Positions 11,659 to 23,707 of a stretch of 64,000 bases of DNA are shown in pieces. The DNA comes from Negaprion brevirostris (taxonomy: Eukaryota). Position 1 is the first letter of the stretch. Each line of letters starts with the position of its first letter. Under the pieces are notes generated by a model. The model saw only the letters and a list, made by a program, of their open reading frames with translations, ran no database searches and had not been told where the DNA came from. The translations under genes and the position numbers were made by a program. The stretch is taken from contig JARDVH010000106.1 of assembly GCA_030324005.1 (NCBI GenBank), forward strand, positions 45,635,575-45,699,574, written 5' to 3'.

Positions 11659-11941
11659 TAAAGTTTATTTTTTAGTAATGTCATAAGTCGGCTTACATTA
11701 ACATGAAGTTACTGTGAAAATCCCCTAGTCGCCACACTCCGGCACCTTTTCAGGCACACCAAGAGAGAATTTAGCATGGCCAATGCACCTAACCAGCATG
11801 TCTTTCGGATTGTGGGAGGAAACTAAAGAATCTGGAGGAAACCCACACAAACACAGGGAGTGTGTGCAGACTCCGCGCAGTGACCCAAACTGGGAATCAA
11901 ACCCAGGTCCCTGGCACTATGAGGCAGCAATGCTAACCATC
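11659..11941 (-). mobile_element. V-SINE with alternative tail
   Basis: Reverse tail GGCTTACATTAAC..GAAGTTACTGTGAAAATCCCCTAGTCGCCACACTCCGG followed by reverse V-SINE body and head. Confidence 0.9.
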
Positions 11942-12897
11942 TGGGAGAAGCCAGGACTTTTTCAATAATAGTATTCACATTTTATATTAACGTATCTCCA
12001 CTTTTGAAGATGTGAAAACCTAACTTCAGAGCAACAGGTGTGACAAATAACTTCATGTAATTTGTCTGTTTAAAGGTGTTCTAGTTTGGGATACTACTTT
12101 GCAAGTCTAACTTCAAGAAAACATCTGACAAGTTTTGTTCCCTAACAATGATATTTAGGAGGGAGAAAGGAGCAATGTAATTCTATTTACAGTGAATACT
12201 GCTTGTTTGGGATAGCAACCCCACAGTCACATCAGCAGGATTAATGGACTTCGGTTCAATTACAATTAGTAAGATCCAAGATGAGAGATCTTAAATTATA
12301 TCACAATCTACCAAATATTATCAGCCTCAAACTGCTTGCACAGAATATGCTAATGTGTTACGACTAAAATACAGATTATTAATGTGTCTGCATGCTCTTC
12401 AGCTTAAAAAGGCCATAAAGTTGGCAGAATTCCTGCCATTGGCAATATTGTTGCATTGATGCTACAAGTAGAATAATGAGCCGGTGGTGCCTGAACTACG
12501 CACAGGCTAAGTAGAAAATATGGCTAAGATTACTTGCTTGTCAGACTCAACGCAAGCAGTGAATTTAATAAGTGCTGGAAAACTACTACTTTGTATCAAG
12601 TGGAAATAATATGATTTATGCACTGCTATATAGCTCCACTCAACCATTAGAACCACCAACAGGATATAACTGCACTTGATGATGCTATTCTGTTGACAAC
12701 TAGAATGAAGAACTAAATTCTACCCATTGGAGATGTACTATTATTACTGACTTTTGCTGATTATTCATGTGCTGCTGAAATAGGACCTTCAGAGCTGCAT
12801 ACAGCAGGTGCCATGGCTTAGTGCAGTTGCAATTGGCTATATTTTTTAGAGACTGACTTTAGGCCACTGTAGTTAATCGGATGCTTTTCTTGGCATG

Positions 12898-13113
12898 TCT
12901 GGTAGTGTGCCCCTTTAAGGGCTGAGTCCCTATTAGTTGTCTGGCCCAGTCAACCTATCTAGCTGGAGCACACAGCTCTGAGGACAGAATGCAGGGTTTC
13001 TCTGCTTGTTAGCTATCTGAGTCATGGTGTACGGTAACCTTTCATGACTCTGTCAATAGCTATTTATCTTAATAAACTGTTTCTTCATTGATCTACCTGG
13101 TGGCCACCTGTCG
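12898..13113 (+). repeat. 5' LTR of Gypsy element
   Basis: Aligns by eye with 16863-17063 (TGGTAG..TGC.CCTT.AAGG..TGAG; CTCTGT.AATAG; TAAACTGTTT; CTACCTG); contains AATAAA. Confidence 0.75.
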
Positions 13114-13115
13114 TT

Positions 13116-13128
13116 TGGTGATGAGGAT
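13116..13128 (+). promoter_or_regulatory. Primer binding site, tRNA-Ser(GCU)-type
   Basis: TGGTGATGAGGAT equals TGGCGACGAGGAT (complement of the vertebrate tRNA-Ser(GCU) 3' end) after two CpG>TpG changes; lies just 3' of the 5' LTR. Confidence 0.7.
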
Positions 13129-16100
13129 CAATCAGAGCATTTTCATATTGNNNNNNNNNNNNNNNNNNNNNNNNNNNNNNNNNNNNNNNNNNNNNNNNNN
13201 NNNNNNNNNNNNNNNNNNNNNNNNNNNNNNNNNNNNNNNNNNNNNNNNNNGGATCAATCAGAGCATTTTCATATTGTCACAAAAATCAGGAGTTCAGACA
13301 TTGTGTGGAAGCCCTTTGAAGCAAATTTGTTTAACAGTCTTGAGTGCCAAAATGCCTCTTTTTGGTAAGCTGGAACCAGTCAACCCTAACACGCAACAGT
13401 GGGCTATGTATGTTGAACACTTACATTATTTTTTCAAGGCCAATTAAAATGGAGTGAAAAAAAGTAGTAGGGTATCCAACTAACAGTATGCAGAGCTCCA
13501 ACCAGAGGAGGCCTACTTCTGCAGATGTCTCCAACTCCTAAATTTTCAAGGAGCTTGTGCAATTAAGGGACATCATCCAACACTCTGTGATAATGAAATG
13601 ACACAATTTCAATTCAACAAGAAGAGCCTGAGGAGAGACAGCAGCACCATTTATAGTGTGCCTAAGACAAACAACTGAACATTGCCAGTTTGGGCCTGCA
13701 CTCAATAACATGTTGAGAGACAGATTAGTCTGTGTTATTAAAAACACGGCCACACAAAAAGTTAACAGAAACAGAAATTATTTAAAAGGCGGAACATGAG
13801 ATCACCCAGTCTATGCAGTTAGAGTGTGCAGGCAGGTGAGGTCCACCAAACATGGCAGGAAGCCATCAGAAGTTGTGGAGCCAGGGTTGAGGGTAATGAG
13901 CAAAGAGGGTCAGAGCAAAAGTGTGAAGAGATATAGGGGATATGATCTGCAGACACAGAGCTACAAAGNNNNNNNNNNTGCCTGCAATAGGAGGTGGTAC
14001 ATTAGAAGGAAATGCAAAAACTAAGCAAAGCCTACAAAAAAATTCTTCAGTGTACATTGATGAGAATAGCCCCCAAAATTGATCTGAAGCATGCAGACTA
14101 AACAACATTAAGCGAGCAAGACAGCCCCAATTACGATTGTGTTGATGGTAATCAATGACTCAGAATGGAGGTGAACTCAGAGGCCTACAGTTGTTGGGAA
14201 ACAAACGGGCCACTATCTATTGTACAGGCCGAGGTCCAACCCCTGAAGTTAAAAACAAACATGATAGCCAGACTAATCACATATACTGAGGAACTTTTAA
14301 GGAACCCAGGAATATCAACGATGCCTGTAAGCTACCACCTCACCAGCAGTCATCTCAACTGTCTCTAATAATGGCGGGAATGGGGTAGTGGCACAAGGAA
14401 GTCAAGGGTCAAGGGTCAAGTCTGATGGGCCATGATTCGCTTTGCCAAACTGATCAAATTGTCTTGAAATATCAAAATGAATGAACAAGATTTTCAAGAT
14501 GTCTTAAAAAATTCTAGGAAGTGCTCAGAAGATGAGTTTGGCAAGATACAAGACCTAAAAGTAAAAAATTACATGGATCCTGAGGCCACACCCAGGTTCT
14601 ACAGAGCCCAACCATGACCTTCTCTAGTAATGCACAAAGTAAAGTCTGAATTGCAAGAATTAAATCATCAAGCCTGTGCAATTTTCAGAATGGGTGGCTC
14701 CAATTGCGCCAGTGCTAAAACCCAACAGAACCAAACTACAAATTAACCATAACTCAGATGGCCAAATTAGACTGATACCCAATAACAAAGGTTTACATGC
14801 TAAATTAGGAGGGTTAAAATACACTGAATTTGAAATNNNNNNNNNNATTAGCTATGCATTTCAACAATTAGAATTATACAAAACAAGACATCGAGAGAAT
14901 TTGTGACAAAATATGCACAAAAGGCACACCTGGAGTCTCATCAGCACTTACAATTTTCCAGCATACATTCTAAAGTTTATTACACTACCCAGTGTAGGTG
15001 GATGTCAAACCAACTGACACACTGGTTACAGGAGCATCAGAAGAGGAGCACTGAGCAAAATATTTAAGGCCAAAGTAAGTCGTAAAAGAGGAAAATGCAT
15101 GTCCTAAGCTCATGAAGTAACATACTTAGGGTTAATGTTGATGGCCAAGGACTGCGTCCGATGGAAGAAAAAAATAAAAACCATCAAGGAAACACCAGAA
15201 TGATTTTTTTTAGGAATGACATTATTATGGCAGATTCATTTCTAATCATTCAAAATATTGGCACTGCTACACACTCAACTTAATTACCAGAGGTGGTACT
15301 GAAGAGAGCATCAGAAAGATGATCCTTCAGAAGAGGTAATTCTTACCTGCAAGATGTATTGCTATGGAATTGGAGTGGGTTTACGGCACAAGATGGAAGA
15401 TGGCGCAGAAAGATCCATCAGCTGTGCCTCGAGAACACTAACTGATGCTTACAAAGCTAATGCCCAAATCTAAAAACAGGGGCTAGCCGTAATCTAAGAA
15501 GTGAGGAAATTACATCAATACATCTATGACTGGCACTTCATCGTAGTCACTGAGAGCAAACCCTTCTTCGGATTATTTAGTGAGGACAAGGCCATTTTTC
15601 CCAAAGCTTTTACTAGAGCCCAAAATTGAGTTCTATTTTTATCAGCCTACCAGTACACACTTCCACATATATGTCAGCCACACATATATCAAATACGGAT
15701 GCTTTAAGCCACTTTCCCTTACCAAATAGCATACCTCCTTTGCTAGTATGCAGGAATTTGTTTTTGCTCTAAAGCTTCTTGATACATTGCCTGTCTAGGC
15801 GCATCAGATTATATTATGGACTCAAAGACCACATATTAGGTAAAATTAGACATATGATCCTTCACAGCTGGCATTACAACAACAGGCCTGATTAGGTAAG
15901 ACCTTTTCAGATAAGATGACGTTAACTTATGAAGATGGATATAACTTCATGTCAATTTTGCAGACCCATTTGTGGGCAACATGTTCCTACTCATAATAGA
16001 TGCATTTGCCAAGTGTTTGGACATACACAAAATGAAATCTACAACCTTCTTCACAAGGAAGTGAAATTGAGAGAGACATTTGCCACCTACGGGTTTCTGG

Positions 16101-16849
16101 AAGTGTAAGTGTTAAATAATGGGACTGTATTAGCTTGTGAAGGATCCCAGCAGTTCATGTGGGCAAACAGCATTCATCATATTCGCACAGCTCCCTATCA
16201 CCATGCTTCAAATAGACTGGCTGTGAGGGCTGTCCAAACATTGAAAGTTGCCCAAAACAAAATGTCCTCAGCCCCTCTGCAAACCAAAAACTGGCCAACT
16301 TCTTCATTACTTCTACACCTCACATCACCACCACTGATTATGATTCAAAAAAGACCCAAGTGCATTGGAGACTTGCTATATGAGAAGAATTTTGGTGATA
16401 ATTCATTTTGGATTCCTGGAACAACCGTGACCAGAACAGGGCCAGTGTCAAATGAAGTAGATGCCCAGGGAAAAAAGGATGAAGAAACACTTGGGCCATT
16501 TGAGAGAAAAAGAGAACTGCCCACAAAGCCAATGATAATACGCCTATTAGCGGCACTGCAATGAATGAAACTAGTGCTGCCACAAACTGCCCTGAGGAAG
16601 AGACAAGTAATGTTCCAGTGGAATCGAGAGAACTTACCTGCACTATTACATCTTCCAAGTTCTGGCAACCCATTGAGGTTGAAACTGGAGTTACTCTGCT
16701 GATGGGGCACCCGTTAGTAAATTACAATGTTACCAAGGATCAAGTCATCCCTGATTGACTTTCGACATAAGAGATTGTGTTTAAGCTCCATTCATTGTAT
16801 AATATCATAAATAGTTACATTATTATTGAAATGAGTTAGTCGGGAACTT

Positions 16850-16862
16850 AAAGGGAGAGGGA
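16850..16862 (+). promoter_or_regulatory. Polypurine tract of Gypsy element
   Basis: AAAGGGAGAGGGA directly before the 3' LTR. Confidence 0.8.
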
Positions 16863-17063
16863 CGTGGTAGCATGCTCCTTCAAGGAGTGAGCTCTCAATG
16901 GCTGATACGGTTCAGTTGCCAATCAGGGCAAAGTTCACAGTCCCAGGGCAGAGTGTGATGTTTTCCTAGTTGTTAGGAGTTTGGAGCCATGGAGACGCTC
17001 TGTAAATAGTTGTTTATATCAGTAAACTGTTTATTTGTTAACCTACCTGTTTAAGTTACTACA
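16863..17063 (+). repeat. 3' LTR of Gypsy element
   Basis: Starts (C/T)GTGGTAG after the PPT and ends TTACTACA (terminal inverted repeat, ...CA). Confidence 0.8.
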
Positions 17064-18141
17064 GCATCCAAGGTTGAATGACTTGACAATGCCACCAAAT
17101 CTTCTGGTGGATTGCTTCTCCAGGGCTCAAATCACGCATAATCCAAGATAAATATTCTTGACAACTTTCATTCTGAATTCCCAACTATGAAATTATGCCC
17201 AAAGGTTAATTCTTCTGATTTTTGGTCCATCATATCATGCTTCATGAATACATCAGCTTGCTTGGGAACAAAATGGAAATTAGGTCTTCACCTACATTCT
17301 GCATCACTTCTCATATTGGACATCATGTGGAGTCCATCTTATAAATATTTTCTGCATAATGCAAAAGCCTGATGAATTCCAAGGCCTGATGATATCAAAA
17401 ACCATCACGGCATTAAAATTCACGAAGGAATTGAAGTAGACTAATTATGCAAGTCTGAGATATGAGGCAATCCAAAAACCATTATTGCAAGTGTATTGTT
17501 AGTTGAATAGATATGGATACATGGGATAGACTAAATCTATAATTATTGACTCATTTAGCCTACAGCTAAGAGAAGGTGGCATAATGCAAAAGTAAATCAT
17601 GCACCTCCTGAACTTTTCTGAAATTATCTCCTAACCTTCAATTAATTTTCTTGAAAGCATAATCATCATCTAATATAGACTTGCCTTCTACAGTTTATTT
17701 ATTTGCAAGACACAATCTTGATTCTTATAGATAAAACTATGGCTCCACAAAAACAATTTGATAAGCTCTTGCTTAAAAAACAGTTGAAAAAAACGTGCTC
17801 AGTTATTTTTGCTTTATTGAAAGTAAATTCTTAGGATAAAGGGCATCACAAGCAAAGCCTGCATTTATTACGCTCCACATGTGCACGTCGCTGCTAAAGG
17901 TGACAGAAACAAATCAAATTGTTATGTCATTTGTGTTAATTGCATCTTCATCTCAATGAAGTACTAGGAGGAATTTAAAAAAAATTAAGAATCTATTTGT
18001 GGAGCACAAAAGATCAAAAAAAAAATCAGACAATAAATTAAAATCCTATCTTATTTGACAATTTTCTGGCTAGGCAGTAGCACCATACTGTGGTACATCT
18101 GGAAATGTTCATTAATCATACCTCAAAATCAGTTAAATTTC

Positions 18142-18155
18142 CTGCCACCTGGTGC
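18142..18155 (-). promoter_or_regulatory. CTCF-like motif
   Basis: Minus strand GCACCAGGTGGCAG, one mismatch to the common CCACCAGGTGGCAG core, in non-repeat DNA. Motif only. Confidence 0.3.
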
Positions 18156-19092
18156 CCCTAAATCTCATAATCTCTCCACAGCTCAGATAATTCAATGAAA
18201 GGTCTCTCACTCTTTAATTATGTTGTACCCATACATATAGATTATACCTTTGCCACCTTTCAGAGACACAAAATCTGATTTTTCAGAAAATAAAAAGTAA
18301 TTTGTCAGCTATTAATCTTTCAACTGCACATACATGAAGGCTCAGCATTCTGTCAGGTTTTCACTGGTGAGGCAGAAGATGTAAAGATGTAAAGATTAGG
18401 AAAAAGGAAATGGACCTCCTTGCTGCAACAGAGTTCAGCTAGTTTTTAAAATTACAAAATCTATTTAAAAAATAATGCTGATGCACAGAAGTTTAAATAA
18501 TAATTCAAGGTTTGTTGCTTAAATAGGATNNNNNNNNNNTCCAAATTAAACAATATTTTAAGCAAATATGCACTGTGTATATGACAAGTTTTGGTCATAC
18601 TGAACTTAAGTGGATACAAACATCCAACTGAGTCAGTGTTGTACCATGACTGTTGCTAAATCAGCACGTATTACCAATTGGACAACCATGAACTTTTGTC
18701 CAGTATATACAATAATTGCAGAACAAGGATTGGGGTTGACTCAAGATATTTAATTGCTGCTGGCTTAATGTTTTTCAATAGGTATTGATGTAGCTAATTG
18801 CAGAGGGGGGGGGGGGGGAGAATAGCCTTCACAATAATAATTTCAAATCTAAAGCTAGTTTGAGAGTATGGGAAAATAAATTATTGTGGACACGCTGAAC
18901 TCAGCAGCAAATAGTTAAACCCAGCCTCAAGTCAACTTGGCCAAATCATCAAAAAGGACACTTCCGCTCTCTTTATAAATGACAGTGTTTTGAATAAATG
19001 TACAACTTAAATCCAACCATTTCAATAAATTCTTGGCTGGACATGTTATGCTAATTTGCACCACCCTCCCCATTACCAACTGTAATGCAACA

Positions 19093-19300
19093 GTAATGAC
19101 CGTGAATCCATTGCTGATTGTGGTGAAAATCCATCTGGTTTACTAATATCCATTAGGGAAGGAAATCTACCATCCTTACCTGGTGTAGCCTACATGTGAC
19201 TCCAGATTCACAGCAACCTGATTGAGTCAATTTCCCTCAGGAATGGGCAATAAATGCTGGCCCAGCCTGCAACACCCACATTCCATGAATGAATGAATTT
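19093..19300 (+). mobile_element. SINE family B, partial
   Basis: AATCCATCTGGTTTACTAAT...GGAAGGAAATCT...CCTACATGTGACTCCAG...GGGCAATAAATGCTGGCC...CATGAATGAATGAAT. Confidence 0.85.
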
Positions 19301-19421
19301 AAAAAACAGCACTGCAAGATATATTTTGTGAAATTTTGTTGAGGGTGCAAGCGGCTTATTGGTAACAGGTGTGGAAATTAAGGCACGTAGTTTCCTGGGC
19401 ATGGCAAAGGACAAGCAAAGA

Positions 19422-19635
19422 TAGAACTTGCATTCATACAGTGGATCTCACATCCTGAACATGTATGACAATTAACTAATTTTGAAGTGCAAAAAAACCA
19501 TCAGGAAACCTGTGTACAGCAAAATTCTCAAAAATAAATCAATATAAAAATAAACAATTAATCAATTTTCACAGAGTTGAAGGTACTGTCAGAAGAACAG
19601 CTCTGCCTTTCTTCCAACTGTACCATGGAATAATT
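19422..19635 (-). mobile_element. Deu-domain SINE remnant
   Basis: Reverse tail AACTTGCATTCATACAG, TTTTGAAGTG, and CTTCC...GTACCATGG matching the reverse of the 8305 element. Confidence 0.45.
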
Positions 19636-19829
19636 TTGGTCAACCAAGACCATACATTTTGTTTCCCAAGGTTAACTGCAATCNNNNNNNNNNTCACAAA
19701 ATAGCCTCATGTCAACCAACGCCAGGTGGAAGGAAATTATTGCTAATCATGTGCAGCACGGTCAGAAGTCTTGGCCAAGGAAAGGTGATTCCAGTCATGG
19801 CTCACTGTCCCTTCACTGACTGAGTTCTT

Positions 19830-20200
19830 GCAAGATCATGACAATGTACACAAAACATTGGTTGTGTACCGGGCCTCAATGAATACTTCCCAGAAGGCTC
19901 AGGAGTTAGAACTTTGTGTTTGTGCTATGCTTGTCAGTGTTGTGTGGGAAACAAAACAAGCAGCACAATCCAATACATTTTCTTCCAAATACCAGCAAAC
20001 TTTGTCACTTGCAGCCAGACACAAGGGATCTGAGCAACGAAATGGACTTGAGTGAGTTAGTTCACTCCATGCAGCTTTCACTGTGTTTTGTTTGGAGAAT
20101 GGCCTTCAGCTCAAATAACACTCTCATGACAGTTCTCTTCAGACATATCCAGATAATGGACTGGCTCTGTCTACCTAAGAATCAATGTATCTGAACAGAG
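19830..20200 (+). mobile_element. Very decayed RTE-like LINE C-terminal fragment
   Basis: KTLVVYRA and LFRHIQIMDWLCLPKNQ loosely echo the RTE TKxxVYRA and WxGHVxRMxxxRLPK motifs. Confidence 0.35.
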
Positions 20201-20607
20201 CATGTAAGTGCTCACTTACCTGTCTTGCATGCAACCAACGAACATCATCGGCCTCCTTCATTGCCCTAAAATGTATAGATACACCCAAAGGAATACTCAC
20301 ATCAGAAAGATAATGAGCTCCTGAACAACCACAGCTGTAAAGTGACAAAAACGGCAGTTCAGTTGTAATTAGCCATCAGGATAGCTCTCAAATTCCAAAT
20401 GACTTCCACTGTTTAAAAAGACCAAAACATAATACAAAAGGAAATTAGTTGCTAAGGGATTCAACTGTATCCCATGACAAAAATGAACCTTTTTGTCAGC
20501 GATTTATCAGGATTTTTTTTTGTCATGATACCGATGGCAAGACAACCAAATTCTCAAAATTTTGATTCACATTGGCTCAGAATGCAACTATTATGGCATA
20601 GCAGTTA

Positions 20608-20740
20608 AATGCAAATTATTGTGGATGCTGGAATCTGAAACTAAAAAAGAAAATGCTGGAAAATCTCAGCAGGTCTGACAACATCTGTAAGGAGAGATGC
20701 TTACAGATGCTGCCCGGATTTTCTAGCATTTTCTATTTCG
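20608..20740. mobile_element. Penelope pLTR-derived foldback (family 2), ribozyme part deleted
   Basis: GAAAATGCTGGAAAATC...CATCTGTAAG-gagagatg-CTTACAGATG...GATTTTCTAGCATTTTC. Confidence 0.75.
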
Positions 20741-20949
20741 GCTATGGCATAGTGGTTTATTAGTTTATAAACTATCTTATAAATATGATCCTGTAGTTCT
20801 GGTCTTCTCCACATGTGAAAAAGTAGCATTAAGGCCAAGGAACCCATTACAACTAGATAGCTAAAATTACATCCATCAGAAAATCTATGCTTCTGCCCAT
20901 TTCTATGAAGGTCAGATAATTGAATTCAAATATATTCATTTTTGACTCT

Positions 20950-21350
20950 GTTGGTAGCTCATTCACCTCGGATTTGGAAGTTGACAGGTTTATGCTTCAC
21001 TTGTGAGTTCACCAATAAGTTTGGCAGGCATTTCACTGTAGCATTGAGCCAGGATTAAATTATTCAAACTGCTGTCTTTCAGTCAGGAGATCAAATAAAA
21101 GTCACCTCTTCTTGGCAAGGTGGACATGAAAGATTCTGTGCCATTACTCAAACAGCAGCAAATTCACCAGCCAACATTGAAGACAAACACAACCTTCAAA
21201 CAAAGGTCAGCTTAATCATTACCTCATCTGCATTTTTTGGGGCCATTTATACCAAAATTGTATGAAATGCTTGCTTACGTAAACCCTAGACAATGGACAT
21301 CATTTGACATCAAAGTTCTAAGCTGTGAACTGTGATAAGGCGTTAAATAA
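20950..21350 (+). mobile_element. Deu-domain SINE, highly diverged
   Basis: TGCTGTCTTTCAG...AGGTGGACATGAAAGATTCTGTGCCATTACTC...TCATTACCTCAT...GTGATAAGGCGTTAAATAA. Confidence 0.55.
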
Positions 21351-22092
21351 TTTTTTTAAATTATATCAGTCATTTTTTATTCCCGTTATAATTTATTTCA
21401 TGTCAATCTTTTCAAGTGACATTTCCTAAATTTGCCATTCTCTTCCTTTATACTTGTTTGCATTCCAATTTCTCAGTCATCACTGACTGATTTCTGAAAC
21501 TCTCCAACACCTCAGGCTTACTACTACTCTAGGCAATAAGACAAGCTCTTCTTTTAATCTCAAATTATTCTTAATCTCTTTGGTTAGCCACAGATGGATC
21601 ACCTATTCCATGGAGTAAAAGGGTACCTTATCTCCAAAGAACTCTGGTAGCTTTAGACTTTCTCCTTTCAGGTCCGAAAGTGCATAAGTCAGGCTTTGGA
21701 CATCCCACTAATGAAAATAACATCAGCCTGAGGTAGCTGTACTTCGACATGTGCAGTTGCCTCTGTGAAACACCAAAATGCAACTTAAAAAAAATTGAAA
21801 CCCACCCTTATTACCACTCCAAAGCAAAGGTGCTGCATTTCGGGGCCTGTGGCTATTTTTGTAAGAATAGAGAAACTGTCCCTCTTCACAAAAATTCAAG
21901 CCTCAGAGTCCAGTCATTACGATCCCAGCCAGAGGCTGCCATTGTCTCCANNNNNNNNNNNNNNNNNNNNNNNNNNNNNNNNNNNNNNNNNNNNNNNNNN
22001 NNNNNNNNNNNNNNNNNNNNNNNNNNNNNNNNNNNNNNNNNNNNNNNNNNCAAGAACAGTACCTTCATCCTTCTAAATGAATAATCTTTCCC

Positions 22093-22220
22093 TGGGCCTG
22101 ACTTCTCTAGCTGTTCGTGCTGGCAATTTCTGCAGTGAACAGAGATTTGGCTGACCACCAAATTCTCCATCCTCACTTGTGGCGATGGCAGCTCATGAAT
22201 AGCTGGAGAATTCTAGCCCA
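22093..22220. mobile_element. Small palindromic MITE (GGGC-terminated, PIF/Harbinger-like)
   Basis: Left TGGGCCTGACTTCTCTAGCTGTTCGTG vs right-end revcomp TGGGCTAGAATTCTCCAGCTATTCATG; inner hairpin GAGATTTGG/CCAAATTCTC. Confidence 0.6.
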
Positions 22221-22257
22221 GATCTGCAACAATCAAACTACTCAGGCTCACTCTATT

Positions 22258-22586
22258 TTATTCATTTGTGGGATATGGGCATCACTGATTGGCCAGCACT
22301 TATTGAGAGTCAACCTCATTGCTGTGGCTCTGGAATCACATGGAGGCCAGACCAGGTAAGAATGGCAAATATTCTTCCTTCCCTAAGGGACAGATGGGTT
22401 TTTTTTTCCTGACAATCTGCAATGGTTTCATGGTCATCAATAAATTCTTAATTCAATTTAAAAAAAAATCTGGAATTCAAATTCCACCATCTGTCATGGC
22501 GGAATTCGAACCTGAGTGCCCAGAACATCAGTTTAGTATCTGGATTAAAATCCAGCGATAATACCACTAGACCATCACTTCCCCCA
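22258..22586 (-). mobile_element. SINE family B, near full length
   Basis: Minus strand has A-box TGGTCTAGTGG, B-box GGTTCGAATTCC, core and family tail. Confidence 0.85.
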
Positions 22587-22799
22587 CAGCTTAGTGTCGG
22601 GCAGATTGCAGGATAATTACATGCTCTCCCTTCATTTTGCCCAAATTTAAAGCTACGATCTTATAATATCATAATTTTATAAACCTCATAATTGCAACAC
22701 ATACAACTGTCGGATCAGTTTGATCCAGTGACCATTTGTTTGTTCCACAGAGATCATCACGTTTGAGGTTCTTCTGAATAATTTGAACCTTAACTCTTC

Positions 22800-23265
22800 A
22801 AATATTCTCTACAGAAACTCACTCCCACTATTACCTGCATTGCTTCAAACATATCCAGAAAATAGGATCTTCCCCCTTCTCCTCCAAGTTCTTTTCCAAT
22901 CACTGAGTGATATCCTTCATACTGATGCTTGGCAAACAATACAGGATGCTTGGGCAAGGTTTGAGTGAACTGGGTTTATCCCCAACTATATCCTACCCAA
23001 TCACTGCCACATTCCTTTTAAGTTCCCCTGCTTGAATAGCTTCCTGTTGCACACCTCTATGGTCAAATTGCCTGTCTTCCATTCAGTCTGTATTTATTCT
23101 TACTAGAAGTATCTCATAACTATGAGGTACAGTCAAAAGCTGAGACTTCTCTATTACTGCGTTCTGGATTACATATCTCCCTGATGTTAGTTACCCTCCT
23201 GCCCTGATCAAACCTAAGCTTCTATTTAACCTCAGGGTTTGAGTGCCTCCTTGATCTGTGTCCAA
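22800..23265 (-). mobile_element. Possible decayed CR1 ORF1 fragment
   Basis: Loose antisense similarity to the esterase region at 9540-10000. Confidence 0.35.
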
Positions 23266-23276
23266 AGGCCATGACA

Positions 23277-23707
23277 GGGCAGCACAATGGCACCATGGTT
23301 AGCACTGCTGCCTCACAACGCCAGGGACCCAGTTTTGATTCCCGGCTTGGGTCACTGTCTGTGTGGAGTCCACACGTTCTCCCCGTGTCTGAGTGGGTTT
23401 TCTCCAGGTGCTCCGACTTCTTCCCACAGTCTGAAAGACGTGCTGGTTAGGTGGATTNNNNNNNNNNNNNNNNNNNNNNNNNNNNNNNNNNNNNNNNNNN
23501 NNNNNNNNNNNNNNNNNNNNNNNNNNNNNNNNNNNNNNNNNNNNNNNNNNNNNNNNNGGTGCTCCGACTTCTTCCCACAGTCTGAAAGACGTGCTGGTTA
23601 GGTGGATTGGCCATACTAAATTCTCCCTCAATATACCTGAACAGGCGCCGGCTGTGGCAACTAGGGGATTTTCGCAGTAACCTCATTGCAGTGTATAAAT
23701 AATAAAA
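23277..23707 (+). mobile_element. V-SINE with alternative tail (contains gap and duplicated flank)
   Basis: Head GGGCAGCACAATGGCACCATGGTTAGCACTGCTGCCTCAC; tail GAACAGGCGCCGG..TGTGGCAACTAGGGGATTTTCGCAGTAACCTCATTGCAGTG. Confidence 0.9.

Larger units (their letters stand above)
12898..17063 (+). mobile_element. Ty3/Gypsy LTR retrotransposon (Mag-like), complete structure, pseudogenised
   Basis: LTR-PBS-gag(MPLFGKLEP..QWAMYVE)-protease(MEVNSEA, ~14165)-RT(QFSEWVAPIAPVLKP; SYAFQQLEL)-RNaseH(GIGVGLRHKMEDGAERSISCASRTLT)-integrase(FLLIIDAFAK; HIRTAPYHHASNRLAVRAVQTLK)-PPT-LTR. Flanks GCATG (12893-12897) and GCATC (17064-17068). Confidence 0.92.

Noticed and set aside
17367-17430. Two GCCTGATGA words that look like hammerhead cores
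   Set aside because: No stem II closed by GAAA and no stem I/III pairing; a short chance direct repeat.
22490-22586. tRNA-like A and B boxes (also at 459, 3910, 23277)
   Set aside because: These are SINE heads continuing into SINE bodies, not tRNA genes.
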